Counted from the first letter of the whole stretch, positions 20,391 to 31,002 are shown. The stretch: 61,895 nt of DNA, filler included, from Stramenopiles sp. TOSAG23-3 (GCA_900128585.1; 5 parts of 5 records of this genome joined end to end with filler, not necessarily neighbours in it), one strand, 5' to 3'. The notes: generated from the letters alone by a model not told the origin. Program-made: numbers and translations.

Positions 20391-20994
20391 TAACACCGAG
20401 ACGAACGATGCGTTAAAAAGTAATAAAAAAAGCTAAAGAATTAATTGTGTTTTACAGAGGCGAACGACCCACCGGGAAAAATGAAAGTGCGAAAAGGCGT
20501 ATATAGTAAATTTTTACGTGACCCTTTCAGCAGTACTCTCTCTCTAGCATTTACACTTCGTAAGTTTATTTTATAAATAATTTAATTATCCTCCAAGTCT
20601 CTATATGCCGCATGGGAACAGATGAGACCACCTGCTGCCGCGGCGTTAATCACAATTAACAGAAATTGATTGCGAGTGCTGTGTACTTGCTGTTGTTTAC
20701 GGTAGCCAACAGCGGCGGCCGTCGTGGTCCTTCATTCTTCCTCTCTAGCAGCAGATATAATAATATTAATAAAAAACCACCCCGGCCCCCTGATGAAGAA
20801 TTTTGCGGCGGCGAATCTTTTTTTTCTTTCTTCAGAAAATTGAGAAAGAAAAACAAGAATTGCATTTTATTCTACAGTCTTTTTATACCAGTTTAACCGA
20901 GAAAAAAACATCGAATGTGCTGGTCGTAGTGTAGTTAGTTGTTGTTCCATTATTTATCAAAAAGAAAGTTGGAGACCCAGAGTTGCGCGTGCAG

Positions 20995-23529
20995 ATGGCG
21001 CAACAAGTAGAAATGCCCCCAGGAGAAAGGCACCCAGCCGCCGCCCCCAAAGGCGCGACGGTTTGTAAAGTAGGAGGTGGGGGAGTGCTTGCCTTCGTGA
21101 CTGTTTTTCTGTCGTACTGTGCGACGATTCAAAGTGGGGTCCCGGGTGGGGACAGCGGCGAGCTTATCAGTGAAGCGTGCCATTCCGGGGTTGCGCACCC
21201 ACCAGGGTACCCTACCTTCATAATGTTGACCAAATTTTTTATGAGCAGCCTCCCGATCAAGCCAGCAGTTGCTGCTAACGTGGCGTCCGCTGGGTTCGGA
21301 TCCGTTTCAGCCTTATTTATTTACTTAACGGTGGAAAGATTCACCAGGCCAAAGTCTGGTAAAGACGGCGCGAGCAGATATGTTGCGGCATTATGTGGCA
21401 GCTGGGCGTTTGCTTTTTCAGAGCTGACATGGATGTATTCTATTGGGGCAGAAGTGTTTGCCCTGAACAACGCTCTCGTTGCGATAATCGTATACCTTTC
21501 TGTTCAATATTCCTGTGCTGATACACAGGGGGGACGGAGACGCGCCGCGCTTTGGGGGGCATTTTTCAGCGGCCTCGCTCTCACTAATCAGCACACGGCT
21601 GTTTTCTATGTTCTTGTTATAGCAGTATGTGTAGTTTGGGACTTGGGGAGCGGGAGGAAATCAGAAAAGAAACAAGTCAACACTCTGAAAACAAGCAAAA
21701 AAAAACGGAAGAACGGTGAAAATAATTCTGCTCCAGAAGAGAACGAAAATGGTCTTGGTAGTACCGGTGGTGGTGGTGGTGGTGGTAATTACGCGAAAGA
21801 AATTTTACTGCTTGGCGTGTCTGGCCTTTTGGGCTTGTTGCCGTATCTTTACCTGATTTTCTCGGCGTTGACCCCAAAGAAAGGGTCCTGGGGGGACACG
21901 GGATCCCTAGCTGGCTTTTTCACCCACGTTACCAGAAAGGAGTACGGTACATTTTCTCTTTCCCCAGGAAAATTTCAATCTGAAGGCTTGGTCGAGCGTT
22001 TGATGTATTATGCTGATGATGTGCGGTACCAGTTCCGCCCAGTAGGCGCTGGCTTAGCGGCAATAGGTATTGTCGTAACCTTTCTTGAAACAATCAGACT
22101 TCCGCGAGAGGTATTTCCAGGGAGAAGAGGCTCAAGTGTCATTTTAGGGGCAATGTTTTTGGTGTACAGCGTGACGTTTCATTCCTTGTCGAACTTGCCA
22201 CTGTCTGAAAACATGCCGTACGAAGTGCACAGAAGATTCTGGATGCAACCGAACATTATCATTGCCGTGTGGATAGGCATTGGCCTTAGTTTTGCCCTTG
22301 AACGATCCGCCAAGACTCTGAAGGGTGCGGGCCTGAACGGATACATGGGGCTGGCAATCATTACTATCCCGTTGGCCCTGCAAGCCGGTCAGTGGTGGGA
22401 ACGCTACGGCCACATGTCACTTTACAACGGTCGTCTGGGTGGCTATTTTGAGCAACAATCTACGATTGTGTTGGACACACTCCCAAAAAAAGCGTTGCTA
22501 CTGTCTTTCACCGATTTAAATTGGAACTCGGTCCGATACTCGCAATCCTGCGAACAAAAACGGCTCGACGTTGTTCATTTAAATTTTCAAATTATGCCCT
22601 TTCCCTGGTTTAAAAATCGCCAGCAACCGCTCTACCCTCAAATAGAGTGGCCAAAGATCGGGGAAGATGCATCCATGACAAAGGGCACTCTGGGCCACGC
22701 AAAATTAGTGGCCAGATTTCTCCATTCAAACATTGACAAGTTTCCGTCTGGCGTTTTTATGGATATTCACGCGATCGGGTTTGACCAATTCCAAGGGCAG
22801 AATGTTTTCCAAGGGTTTCAGTTCATACCACATGGTGTCTTGTGGCGGATTATTCGTTACAAACCTAGCACAGCGTTTAATTACAATAAGTGGGTAGAGA
22901 AGCGGCATGGGGAGGCCACAGAAATTGTGGAGAAGTCGTTGTTGCCATTGCCTGCGATGGATACCATGGTCCGAGGATCGTGGGAAGAGGCCGTCGTTAA
23001 AACCTACTTTGATGCCAAATACCAAACGTGCCTTTTTCAGCTCGTTTACGCTGTTGACCTGAATGTTGCAGATCCCAGTAAACTGAAAAAATTAGGAGAT
23101 GAAGCCTCTAGCATCTTTTTGAAAGCACTTTTCAGCAGCTTTCACTGTCTTCAGGATGTTGTTCATGCCCTCGATGTCCAACCAAATACACTCAAAAGAT
23201 CGGACGTCTTTAAGAATGCAGCATTGTCCGCCAGCCGTGCCATAACGGCAACCACATGGACGTCGTCGCTGAGTAAAAGTATAGTTCCAGACATTGTGCT
23301 ACCACTCAATAAAATGCTAGAGATCGGCGTGAGAACAATGCGGCAGTTTCTGGTGGAGGCACCAAATGACAAAGATGCTCCAGTATTTCGCCATCAGTTG
23401 GGCATCCTAGAAGGAGCTATGGGGAAGCCTGCGCCAAAAACGTCAAACAGCGCTCCGAAACGAAAAAGAAGCGGAAAAAAAACGAAAAAAAAAGGGAAGA
23501 AAAGAAGAAAAAATGAAAATGTTGGGTAA
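20995..23529 (+). CDS. TMEM260: TMEM260/DUF2723 protein O-mannosyltransferase
   Basis: GGDSGEL, GVAHPPGYP, AEVFALNN, NQHT, SWGD, R.EYGTFSL, RFWMQP motifs; multiple TM segments. Confidence 0.9.
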   Translation: MAQQVEMPPGERHPAAAPKGATVCKVGGGGVLAFVTVFLSYCATIQSGVPGGDSGELISEACHSGVAHPPGYPTFIMLTKFFMSSLPIKPAVAANVASAGFGSVSALFIYLTVERFTRPKSGKDGASRYVAALCGSWAFAFSELTWMYSIGAEVFALNNALVAIIVYLSVQYSCADTQGGRRRAALWGAFFSGLALTNQHTAVFYVLVIAVCVVWDLGSGRKSEKKQVNTLKTSKKKRKNGENNSAPEENENGLGSTGGGGGGGNYAKEILLLGVSGLLGLLPYLYLIFSALTPKKGSWGDTGSLAGFFTHVTRKEYGTFSLSPGKFQSEGLVERLMYYADDVRYQFRPVGAGLAAIGIVVTFLETIRLPREVFPGRRGSSVILGAMFLVYSVTFHSLSNLPLSENMPYEVHRRFWMQPNIIIAVWIGIGLSFALERSAKTLKGAGLNGYMGLAIITIPLALQAGQWWERYGHMSLYNGRLGGYFEQQSTIVLDTLPKKALLLSFTDLNWNSVRYSQSCEQKRLDVVHLNFQIMPFPWFKNRQQPLYPQIEWPKIGEDASMTKGTLGHAKLVARFLHSNIDKFPSGVFMDIHAIGFDQFQGQNVFQGFQFIPHGVLWRIIRYKPSTAFNYNKWVEKRHGEATEIVEKSLLPLPAMDTMVRGSWEEAVVKTYFDAKYQTCLFQLVYAVDLNVADPSKLKKLGDEASSIFLKALFSSFHCLQDVVHALDVQPNTLKRSDVFKNAALSASRAITATTWTSSLSKSIVPDIVLPLNKMLEIGVRTMRQFLVEAPNDKDAPVFRHQLGILEGAMGKPAPKTSNSAPKRKRSGKKTKKKGKKRRKNENVG

Positions 23530-24050
23530 CCCTACCCTAACATGGATATGGTCGAAAAAACGTTAATAAATAAACCTTTTTGTATTTGTATTTGAATTAT
23601 AACTACATTAATTACCTATTTGAATATTTTGTTTTAGCAATTTCAAATTGTTTTTCTATTTCTTTAAAATTCTATGCTGTGTAATGTTACTTTTTACATT
23701 AATTTAGAATAATTTGAAATTTGGGTGGAGGTACCGATTTTTATTTATGTATGGAGGAGGAGTAAAATATATTTACTACATAGAATCCTGATGCTGTGTG
23801 GTATATTATTTACAACACAATAAAAAAATTGATAAAAAATTATTATTATTATTATTAGAAAAAAAGAGGCCATTGACCTTGTTGAACTTGTATATCAATC
23901 TATTTGTTAGAAGTAAATGTCAATTTAAAGTTGAATTTGATTACACAGTTTTATGTTCAAATAGTAGCAAGAAACAGAAGCAGGCGGAAATATACGCAGG
24001 ATTTGTTATCACAACAAACACTCTCTTTTTATATTTAAGAACTTTTAAAG

Positions 24051-25487
24051 ATGTCTCTTCGTATGCGACGTATGAAGCCGAAGCGAATTAGAGGGCAGGC
24101 GCCACCAACTCCAAAAGCGGTTAAGGCAAACCCCACGGACAATGTTGCCCTGCCTCTAGGTTCAATAAAGAATTTCCAACATTTTCACAATGCCCCATTG
24201 AGTAATTTCACTCCCGTGGCATCCCCCTCCCCGAAGAAAAACCGGAAGAAAGTCCCCAGCAGCTCCCTCCCCTCGTTTCCAAGCGAAAAGGCACGAACGA
24301 AGTCAAATTCGCCATTACCTACGAGCCCAAAGAACGCAGTGGAATGTGCAAAAATACAAGGCGCAATGGCCAACGAGAGGCTGAAAAAGAAACAGGAAAA
24401 ACTATCGAATTTTCAAAAACGTCTCCAGGCTCGTGTCTCGCAGCGTGTGCGGAAAGAAAAAGAAAACGCAGCCAAAGCTCGCCTGGGCTGGGTTCAGCTG
24501 GAGAAGAAAGCGGAGAAGACAGCACGCAGGGCCGCTACAGGTGTAGAAAGCGCCTCTCGTGTAACGCGCGCAAAACCTACTGATAGATCGACGTGGAAGA
24601 AAAACCCAAAGGTAAGCTTGGACGACCACATTGTAAATGTTACGACCCAAGCCCAGTCTGCGCGTATGGCCTTGTTCGCCCACTCCCGGGCCGGGAAGCG
24701 AGCGATGCAGCAGGCGGCTGTCCCCCAAGCAATGCCCACGTTCACCATGAACAACCCTGCCGCGGTTCGCGCAGGATCGTCGGGCGTAGAATCCCCGGTC
24801 GGGAAACAATCAAAAGACGGCGAACCGGATAGCACCGTCGGACCAGATGGAATCGACATGATTGAGGTGGCAAAAGATACGGTTCCGGCTGTTGGGGGGG
24901 GATGGGTTCCAAAGTTAGCGTACTTGCCTGCGGAAGCAAACGGCGGAGGGTTTGAACCGCACAACATACACCGCGCCAGCGCCTCCAATTTAGTGGCAAA
25001 GGTACGAAAAGCAGAGATGGACGCACAAAGGGAACGCGCGCGGAGAAATATGGAAGAAAAGAAGGCAAAGCAGCGACGGGCTAAGAAAGAGGTCGAAATC
25101 GAAGCTCAAAGGGTTGCTCACGAAGAGCGTATGTCCGTGCAACGGTCTGTCAACGAGCAAGAGCGAGATGAGCGACGCGAGCTTGAGAAATCACACGCCG
25201 AATCCGCGGACGCAACTAGGAAATCCCAACTATTGCAAGCAAAACGCCAGCGCGACACAACATCGCGATATATCACTGCACTTCGAAAGCGCTTGCTCTT
25301 TCAACTGAAAGAGAAGAACATGGAAGTTCCACCGTTATGTTCCTGTGCAGATTCCTCTGGAAGTTTAGAGTCGGGAAAACCGATGTGGGATTCGTGTGCA
25401 AACAACTGTCAGTTTAGGAACAACCCCAAAGATGTTAAACGAATCGTACAAGACCTTGTGAGAAGTGTCAAATACTCATTGGCTTAA
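24051..25487 (+). CDS. CCDC15: CCDC15-like centriolar coiled-coil protein
   Basis: FQKRLQARV coil near the N-terminus and C-terminal RYI.ALR..VPPLCSC..CANNCQFRNN, as recalled for the CCDC15 family. Confidence 0.7.
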   Translation: MSLRMRRMKPKRIRGQAPPTPKAVKANPTDNVALPLGSIKNFQHFHNAPLSNFTPVASPSPKKNRKKVPSSSLPSFPSEKARTKSNSPLPTSPKNAVECAKIQGAMANERLKKKQEKLSNFQKRLQARVSQRVRKEKENAAKARLGWVQLEKKAEKTARRAATGVESASRVTRAKPTDRSTWKKNPKVSLDDHIVNVTTQAQSARMALFAHSRAGKRAMQQAAVPQAMPTFTMNNPAAVRAGSSGVESPVGKQSKDGEPDSTVGPDGIDMIEVAKDTVPAVGGGWVPKLAYLPAEANGGGFEPHNIHRASASNLVAKVRKAEMDAQRERARRNMEEKKAKQRRAKKEVEIEAQRVAHEERMSVQRSVNEQERDERRELEKSHAESADATRKSQLLQAKRQRDTTSRYITALRKRLLFQLKEKNMEVPPLCSCADSSGSLESGKPMWDSCANNCQFRNNPKDVKRIVQDLVRSVKYSLA

Positions 25488-26094
25488 GGACCTCTTGCTT
25501 CTTAAATCACAAACAAACCGAATGCCTCCATTTCGGAAAGGTACCACAAGGAGGTGCCTTTCGAACTTTGAGAAAGGATCGCAAACATCGATCGAAATTA
25601 TATTTAGTTAATAATTTTATTTATCTCCTGCATCACATCAGTACTACTTTCTACCACGAACAAAACACATTTTTGTGGGGGTTTTTTTTAACAATAATAT
25701 CTGAAGTACAAAAACCAAAATGCAATAAAAAAATAATAAAAAGCCTGTTGTTGTCATCAAATGGCGATAATAATACCCCATTGATGATGATGATATACCA
25801 GGTATAATAATTAATAATATATAATAAATTAATTAATTAATTACGAGAATTATTAGTCGTCAATTATTTATTATTATTACGAAATTTGTTTTTTATATAT
25901 CGACGAGCGGCGGCGAGCGAATCTTTTCTTTCACTAACCCAACTCCTACCGCAAGGTAGTAAAGATCATGCGATGTGTTACTGTACACTGGAACGTATCT
26001 TTCCTGTTATTGAGACGAAATTGCCACAAAGCACAAAAAATTCAAATAGTGTAACTAATTGTTTGTCATGCCTTAGTTATTGCAACGGTGCAGC

Positions 26095-27108
26095 ATGGCG
26101 TGTATGGTGGGTTCAGATTCGCACGAGAAAGGGCTGAACCTTCGAGGGCACGTTGCGTTCGAGGCTTGCGAGCGCTTCTTGTTAGAAATCGAAGCGATGC
26201 GCGAAATATTCGGAGACGGCGAGTTTCATATTAATTTGAACTCCTTTAATTTGTTGAAATCTTTAGTGAAATCTTGTGAAAACCAGCCAGGCCTTTTCGA
26301 CTGGTCTTCTGAAGGAATTCCCGAATCCATAGCTTGTACAGTAGTAACGACGACGGCCTCGGCCACCTCGTCCACAATTGAAATTCACTTTACAGTACCC
26401 CAAGGCTACCTGCTTCCCGGAGGACCGAAGGTTTTTCTCCAATCAATTCAGTGTGCAATATTGGGTGAAACGGCAAGAAACTCGATAACTCTAGACATTA
26501 ACAACTTGTTGTTGCACCAATGGGAAGATGAATGTATATACAATATTGTGCAGTCTGTAACCGACCGGTGCAGCGAAATTGTTGAGGCGAACACGCGGGT
26601 GGAGATGCAAGCTGAGGCCGTAGCGGCACAAACGCAACTGCTGTTCGACCGTGAAGCACGGCAAGCTGCCCTGACGGCCGATGTTCCTGTATTGGGCAGG
26701 AGAATTATTTTCAGCCATCACATCATTGCCGATTCAAAGCGCTCTGCAGTGCGCCACGTAGCGCGGGATTTAGGATTGGGGGGAATATCCAAGATAGGGT
26801 GGCCTGGCTTGATCTTGGTGGAAGGCGAAGAATCAGCTTGTAAATTGTACGTTCAAGCAATGCAGCGGCTACGGTGGAAGCAACTGACCGTGCGAGGCGA
26901 GCAGCAAGTTAAAGGAGACTCAGGGTCTACCATAGACTCCATGAGACTTTTGGAGAAGGCGTTTGTTGAGTTTGGTACTGATGAAATGTCCGCATTTGCG
27001 GAGCATTGTCGAAACAAGGGGCTCGAATCGTTGTTTCTAGCAGGGTTGCAATTGGACCCCGAAAAACACTCTCGGGCAAACAAGAAGAAGGGACCTCGCA
27101 GCAGTTGA
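26095..27108 (+). CDS. RWD domain + DUF1115 protein (RWDD2-like)
   Basis: RWD-like EIEAMREIF; C-terminal RRIIFSHHI..KR..GISKIGWPGLILVEGEE.AC..YV..MQRLRWK. Confidence 0.8.
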   Translation: MACMVGSDSHEKGLNLRGHVAFEACERFLLEIEAMREIFGDGEFHINLNSFNLLKSLVKSCENQPGLFDWSSEGIPESIACTVVTTTASATSSTIEIHFTVPQGYLLPGGPKVFLQSIQCAILGETARNSITLDINNLLLHQWEDECIYNIVQSVTDRCSEIVEANTRVEMQAEAVAAQTQLLFDREARQAALTADVPVLGRRIIFSHHIIADSKRSAVRHVARDLGLGGISKIGWPGLILVEGEESACKLYVQAMQRLRWKQLTVRGEQQVKGDSGSTIDSMRLLEKAFVEFGTDEMSAFAEHCRNKGLESLFLAGLQLDPEKHSRANKKKGPRSS

Positions 27109-27615
27109 CATAATTTTACATTGGTTCATTGTGGGTAATTAAGCGACTGGAGAGCATAAGTTTAGTGGGAAGATTGTATTTAGTTAAGAAGAAGATAAAT
27201 TTTAATTACTTACAAAGTAAATAACAGCCAAAATTCTCACCATCGAATTTCGTTCGCATGCCTTATTACTTAAGACTTTGTCTTTGTCTTGCAGATTATT
27301 ATTGACTGTGGTGAAAAGTGAAGAACACTGTACTGATATATTTAAGGATATATTTATGTAAGGATATATAAACAAAAATAAATCAGGTTTCTTCATTCGA
27401 ATAATCGAAAAAAAGAAATTTCAGCCTCACAGCCACGAGCTCAAAGCTCACAGCTCATCGTATTATTCGTCGTTTAATTTTTAATAATAATTTAAATTAT
27501 TATTATAGCTACGAGGCGTACGAGAGGAGTCTTCTAGTCTACAACGAATAAATAAATAAAAACAAATTTTATTTAAATAGAAAATCCATTGTATTACATT
27601 CCAATTTAAATTATA

Positions 27616-27715
27616 NNNNNNNNNNNNNNNNNNNNNNNNNNNNNNNNNNNNNNNNNNNNTTAATTAATTAANNNNNNNNNNNNNNNNNNNNNNNNNNNNN
27701 NNNNNNNNNNNNNNN
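27616..27715. other. Artificial contig linker N44-TTAATTAATTAA-N44
   Basis: Six-frame stop palindrome centred in Ns; identical 100-bp linkers occur four times. Confidence 0.97.
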
Positions 27716-27939
27716 AATACATGGACCCTCACCGCCAGAACGAATTCAAAATTGTGGTTGCCGATTTGGACGTTGGCAGCTCAGCGTTTCACGCAAAGAA
27801 CATTCTTCCAGGAGCCGTGTTGTCGAAAATAAACAATGAAGCGGTCGCAGACAGTTGGGAGGGTTTTGTCCAACAGCTTCAATCCGTGAAGGTGTCTGTT
27901 CAATTGGAGAGTGAAGATGGAGCAGTATTAATATTGTAA
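27716..27939 (+). CDS. C-terminal PDZ-like domain fragment, resembling DegP/HtrA-type proteases of large DNA viruses (5'-truncated)
   Basis: KIVVADLDVGSSAFHAKNILPGAVLSKINNEAV fits PDZ (GS.A....I.PG..I..IN...V); open to contig edge. Viral affinity is from recollection, not a search. Confidence 0.55.
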
Positions 27940-27952
27940 TGTAATATTCTAT

Positions 27953-28171
27953 ATGTCAGAAAAGGTTGAAGACGTTCTCGACGAAGTTGTAGACGAAGTT
28001 GTATCTCTAAATGAAATTATAGTAGTAGAAGGCGAGCTTGTCACCGAAGTCTACGATTATTCCGAAGCGAACGCTCTGGGGTTGACAGGGCTGTGCGGAG
28101 TTCTCTCTGGACTGGTTCTCACGTTTCTTCTTTTTGAATACTTTTCTCGTTCTGGTAGACTAGCGTTTTAA
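27953..28171 (+). CDS. Small acidic single-pass membrane protein
   Basis: 72-aa ATG ORF 13 bp after the preceding stop; acidic N-terminus, hydrophobic LGLTGLCGVLSGLVLTFLLF. Confidence 0.5.
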   Translation: MSEKVEDVLDEVVDEVVSLNEIIVVEGELVTEVYDYSEANALGLTGLCGVLSGLVLTFLLFEYFSRSGRLAF

Positions 28172-28477
28172 CTAGCGTTTTAAATACCGTACGGCAGACA
28201 CGCCTGTCTTCATCTCGGTCGGGTCGAAGTGCCAGTTGTTTGCGAAGTATTCTACGCTTTTCCATGCAAAGTTTCATATAATTGTTGGACAACATATATT
28301 GTGTGAGATGTCTGGTTTTATACCATTATTAAAACCTCAATTTTGGACCATCTGTCCTTCAACCCAAAACAAACACACAACGTTTCAAAAAAATACTTTA
28401 AACAATGGTACAACAACGACAGCGCACAACAACACCATGAATCTTTGTGCCTTTTTTGTAGCGAACGAACGGGGTAG

Positions 28478-29635
28478 TTACATCCACCAACAAAATTTAA
28501 AACCCAAACAAGGAAGAAGGTAGTAAAACAAAAAGGACAATATCAAACAAGTAACAGGCAATAAAAACCGCTTAAACCATGTATCACAATCCCACACACG
28601 ACGCCCTGTGCAACAAGAACGACACTTAAGCTCTGGACGACCAACAATCTTTGTGGTTTTTCGTTGTGCAAATTGCCATCCGAAAAAGTCATAGGCAAAG
28701 CAGCAGTTTACCAATGGTCTTATTTCACGACCGAGGTGGAGCGTCGTGATATTAACATTAACGAGCTTTCTCAGTGATGCCAGGTCCACGATTTGATTTC
28801 CACAGAGGTGGAGCCACTTGAGATGGACGTGCGCTGTCAGTGGTGCAAAGTCCACGATTTGATTTCCATCGAGGTAGAGCCCCGTGAGATTAACGAGCCC
28901 TGCCAGTGGTGCAAAGTCCACGATTTGATTTCCATCGAGGTGGAGCCCCGTGAGATTAACGAGCCCTGCCAGTGGTGCAAAGTCCACGATTTGATTTTCA
29001 CCGAGGTGGAGCACATTGAGATGGACGAGCGCTGCCAGTGGCGTCACGTCCACGATTTGATTTCCACAGAGGTTGAGCTCCGTGAGATTAACGAGCCCCG
29101 CCAGTGGTGTCACGTCCGCGATTTGATTACTATAGAGGTCGAGCGTCTTGAGATTAACGAGCCCTGCCAGTGGCGCCACGTTCACGATTTGATTATATTC
29201 GAGGTGGAGCTCCGTGAGATTAACGAGCCCCGCCAGTGGTGTCACGTCCGCGATTTGATTATAATGGAGTTCGAGCCGCGTGAGTTTAACGAGCCCTGCC
29301 AGTGGTGCGACGTTCACGATTTGATTTTTCCTGAGCTCGAGTTTGTTCACCTTCAGCAACTCCTTTCCCACCATCTCATGGAGCTCCGCCTTGGTGTTGT
29401 CCAGATCGAACAAACCAGGTTTGCTTCGATTGCATGTCTCTATAAGCTTCTTAATGATGTTTATAGCACCACGAGCATCCTGTGAAAACAAGCCGACGCA
29501 CGCCTCCTCACCCTCGTTATGAAAAATGACCATCGCTTCAATCAACGTGTCGTTGGGTAGGTTGACTGAAACATCCTCCACAGCAGCAGCGCCAAGGGAG
29601 CTTCCCCCCCTGCATGCTTTCGTCAACTCCGTCAT
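28478..29635 (-). CDS. Internalin/SDS22-like leucine-rich repeat protein with Cys-rich, hydrophobic C-terminus
   Basis: Nine 22-aa repeats L.NLT.L.L..NQI.D..PLAG; TM-like FLLPVTCLILSFLFYYLLPCL. Confidence 0.85.
   Translation of the reverse strand: MTELTKACRGGSSLGAAAVEDVSVNLPNDTLIEAMVIFHNEGEEACVGLFSQDARGAINIIKKLIETCNRSKPGLFDLDNTKAELHEMVGKELLKVNKLELRKNQIVNVAPLAGLVKLTRLELHYNQIADVTPLAGLVNLTELHLEYNQIVNVAPLAGLVNLKTLDLYSNQIADVTPLAGLVNLTELNLCGNQIVDVTPLAALVHLNVLHLGENQIVDFAPLAGLVNLTGLHLDGNQIVDFAPLAGLVNLTGLYLDGNQIVDFAPLTAHVHLKWLHLCGNQIVDLASLRKLVNVNITTLHLGREIRPLVNCCFAYDFFGWQFAQRKTTKIVGRPELKCRSCCTGRRVWDCDTWFKRFLLPVTCLILSFLFYYLLPCLGFKFCWWM
28766..29359 (-). repeat. 66-bp coding tandem repeat x9 (LRR units)
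   Basis: Recurrent gagccc(t/c)gccagtgg...cgatttgatt at 66-bp spacing. Confidence 0.9.
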
Positions 29636-30289
29636 CGTGCATGCCGACGAAACGTAAAAAAATATCTTTAAAAATGCTTCGTTTTATGAAAGTTTTAGGT
29701 TTACTGAACTATCTTGGGAAACGTCCGAATCGGACACTTCATTCAATGGAAGCATCTTTTTCCTCCGCGTCCTCCGTCTTACCGTGACAGCCATTAAATA
29801 TAAATTAACATCAGAATAGCATTAATATTTTAAAAAAGTATTTATTTATTGTAACACAGTAATACCACGGTCCATACTAATGCCGGTTCTACAAGTGGTT
29901 CCCCCAACGTTGTTTTGTTCAGGTAAAGGCTTCCCTCATGCGTCTCTATTTTCCTTACGAAGAAGAAGAAGAGATGATGAAGAAAAAAAAGAAGAAGAAG
30001 GAAAAAAATTATTGAAGAAGAAAAGAAAAAAAGAAGGAGGAAGAAGAAGAGTTTGTTTGTTTGTTGATGATGTTTTTGTTGTTGTTTGAAAGTATAATTT
30101 AAATAATAATTTTAAAAAATTATTAAGAGGAAGGTGTCAAAAAGGGTTTTATATAACTTCATTCACATATGCAATTTGTACAATATTTTGTTCTGTCCAT
30201 CGAACATTGTTAAATTATCCTATTTAAGAACATCCAGTGCGACCTAAAACGGACCGGGCCGGAAGAGGTTGAAAAAAAGACGGAAGAAG

Positions 30290-30754
30290 ATGACTATTTT
30301 GAAATTTATCCCAAGAGCTCTCCCCCCACGGCTTTTGTACGTTTTGGCTTCCATGGGCCACGGCGACGAGATCGTGCTGGCGGACGCCAATTTTCCAAGC
30401 GAATCAGTTGCAAAGGCAAACAACGCTGAGATAGTCCGAATGGATGCGGTAAATGTCCCCGAAGTGCTCAAAGCAGTTTGCACGCTGATGCCTCTGGATA
30501 CGTACGAAAAGCCAGCCGCTGTCATGGCGGTTACGGACCACGATTTGGGCAAAGTCGATCCCTCGCCTGTTTGGAACACCTTTTCCACCATCATGGAGGA
30601 AGAGGAGAAGTCAAAGATAGAGCTGGAAGAAGTTGAGCGGTTTGCATTTTACGAGAGGGCAAAGAATGCATACTGTATAGTAGCGACGGGAGAATCTGCT
30701 CTATATGGCAATTTAATTTTGAAAAAGGGCGTACTAGGCCCCGGAGAAGCATGA
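30290..30754 (+). CDS. FUOM: L-fucose mutarotase (RbsD/FucU family)
   Basis: MGHGDEIVLADANFP, ERFAFYERAK.AY.IVATGE..LYGNLILKKGV. Confidence 0.95.
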   Translation: MTILKFIPRALPPRLLYVLASMGHGDEIVLADANFPSESVAKANNAEIVRMDAVNVPEVLKAVCTLMPLDTYEKPAAVMAVTDHDLGKVDPSPVWNTFSTIMEEEEKSKIELEEVERFAFYERAKNAYCIVATGESALYGNLILKKGVLGPGEA

Positions 30755-31002
30755 AAAAAAAATGCTAAAGCGTGATAAGAACAAAATTATATAGCATAGC
30801 GTGATACGTATCTTTACTTTCGAACTGTCGTAACTTACACATTTTGTTTTTTTAAGTGCACTCTAAGAATTTCCTTTTCGTAAGTGAAGAGAATTACCAT
30901 ATCTAACGCATAATTTAAGATTAGCCACATCTATTTCTTCAACTCTTACAGGATTAACCTGTTATAAAAAAACACGCCGGCCGCACTCTCCTGGCCCTCT
31001 TT

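Noticed and set aside
5177..25487. Apparent cytoskeleton/centrosome gene cluster (dynein-stalk protein, katanin-like, CENP-C, RPEL, CCDC15)
   Set aside because: Interspersed with unrelated genes in mixed orientation; such genes are abundant in flagellates, so clustering is unsupported without synteny.
27660..27671. TTAATTAATTAA palindrome recurring four times as a possible recombination or piggyBac site
   Set aside because: Always centred in exactly 44+44 Ns; it is a six-frame-stop assembly spacer.
28766..29359. CRISPR-like repeat/spacer periodicity
   Set aside because: Units are in-frame LRR codons with mutually similar variable parts; no cas genes; eukaryotic context.
28793..29485. 230-aa antisense ORF with repeated CQWC motifs (apparent zinc-finger repeat)
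   Set aside because: Shadow of the 66-bp LRR repeat; stop-free units propagate an open antisense frame.
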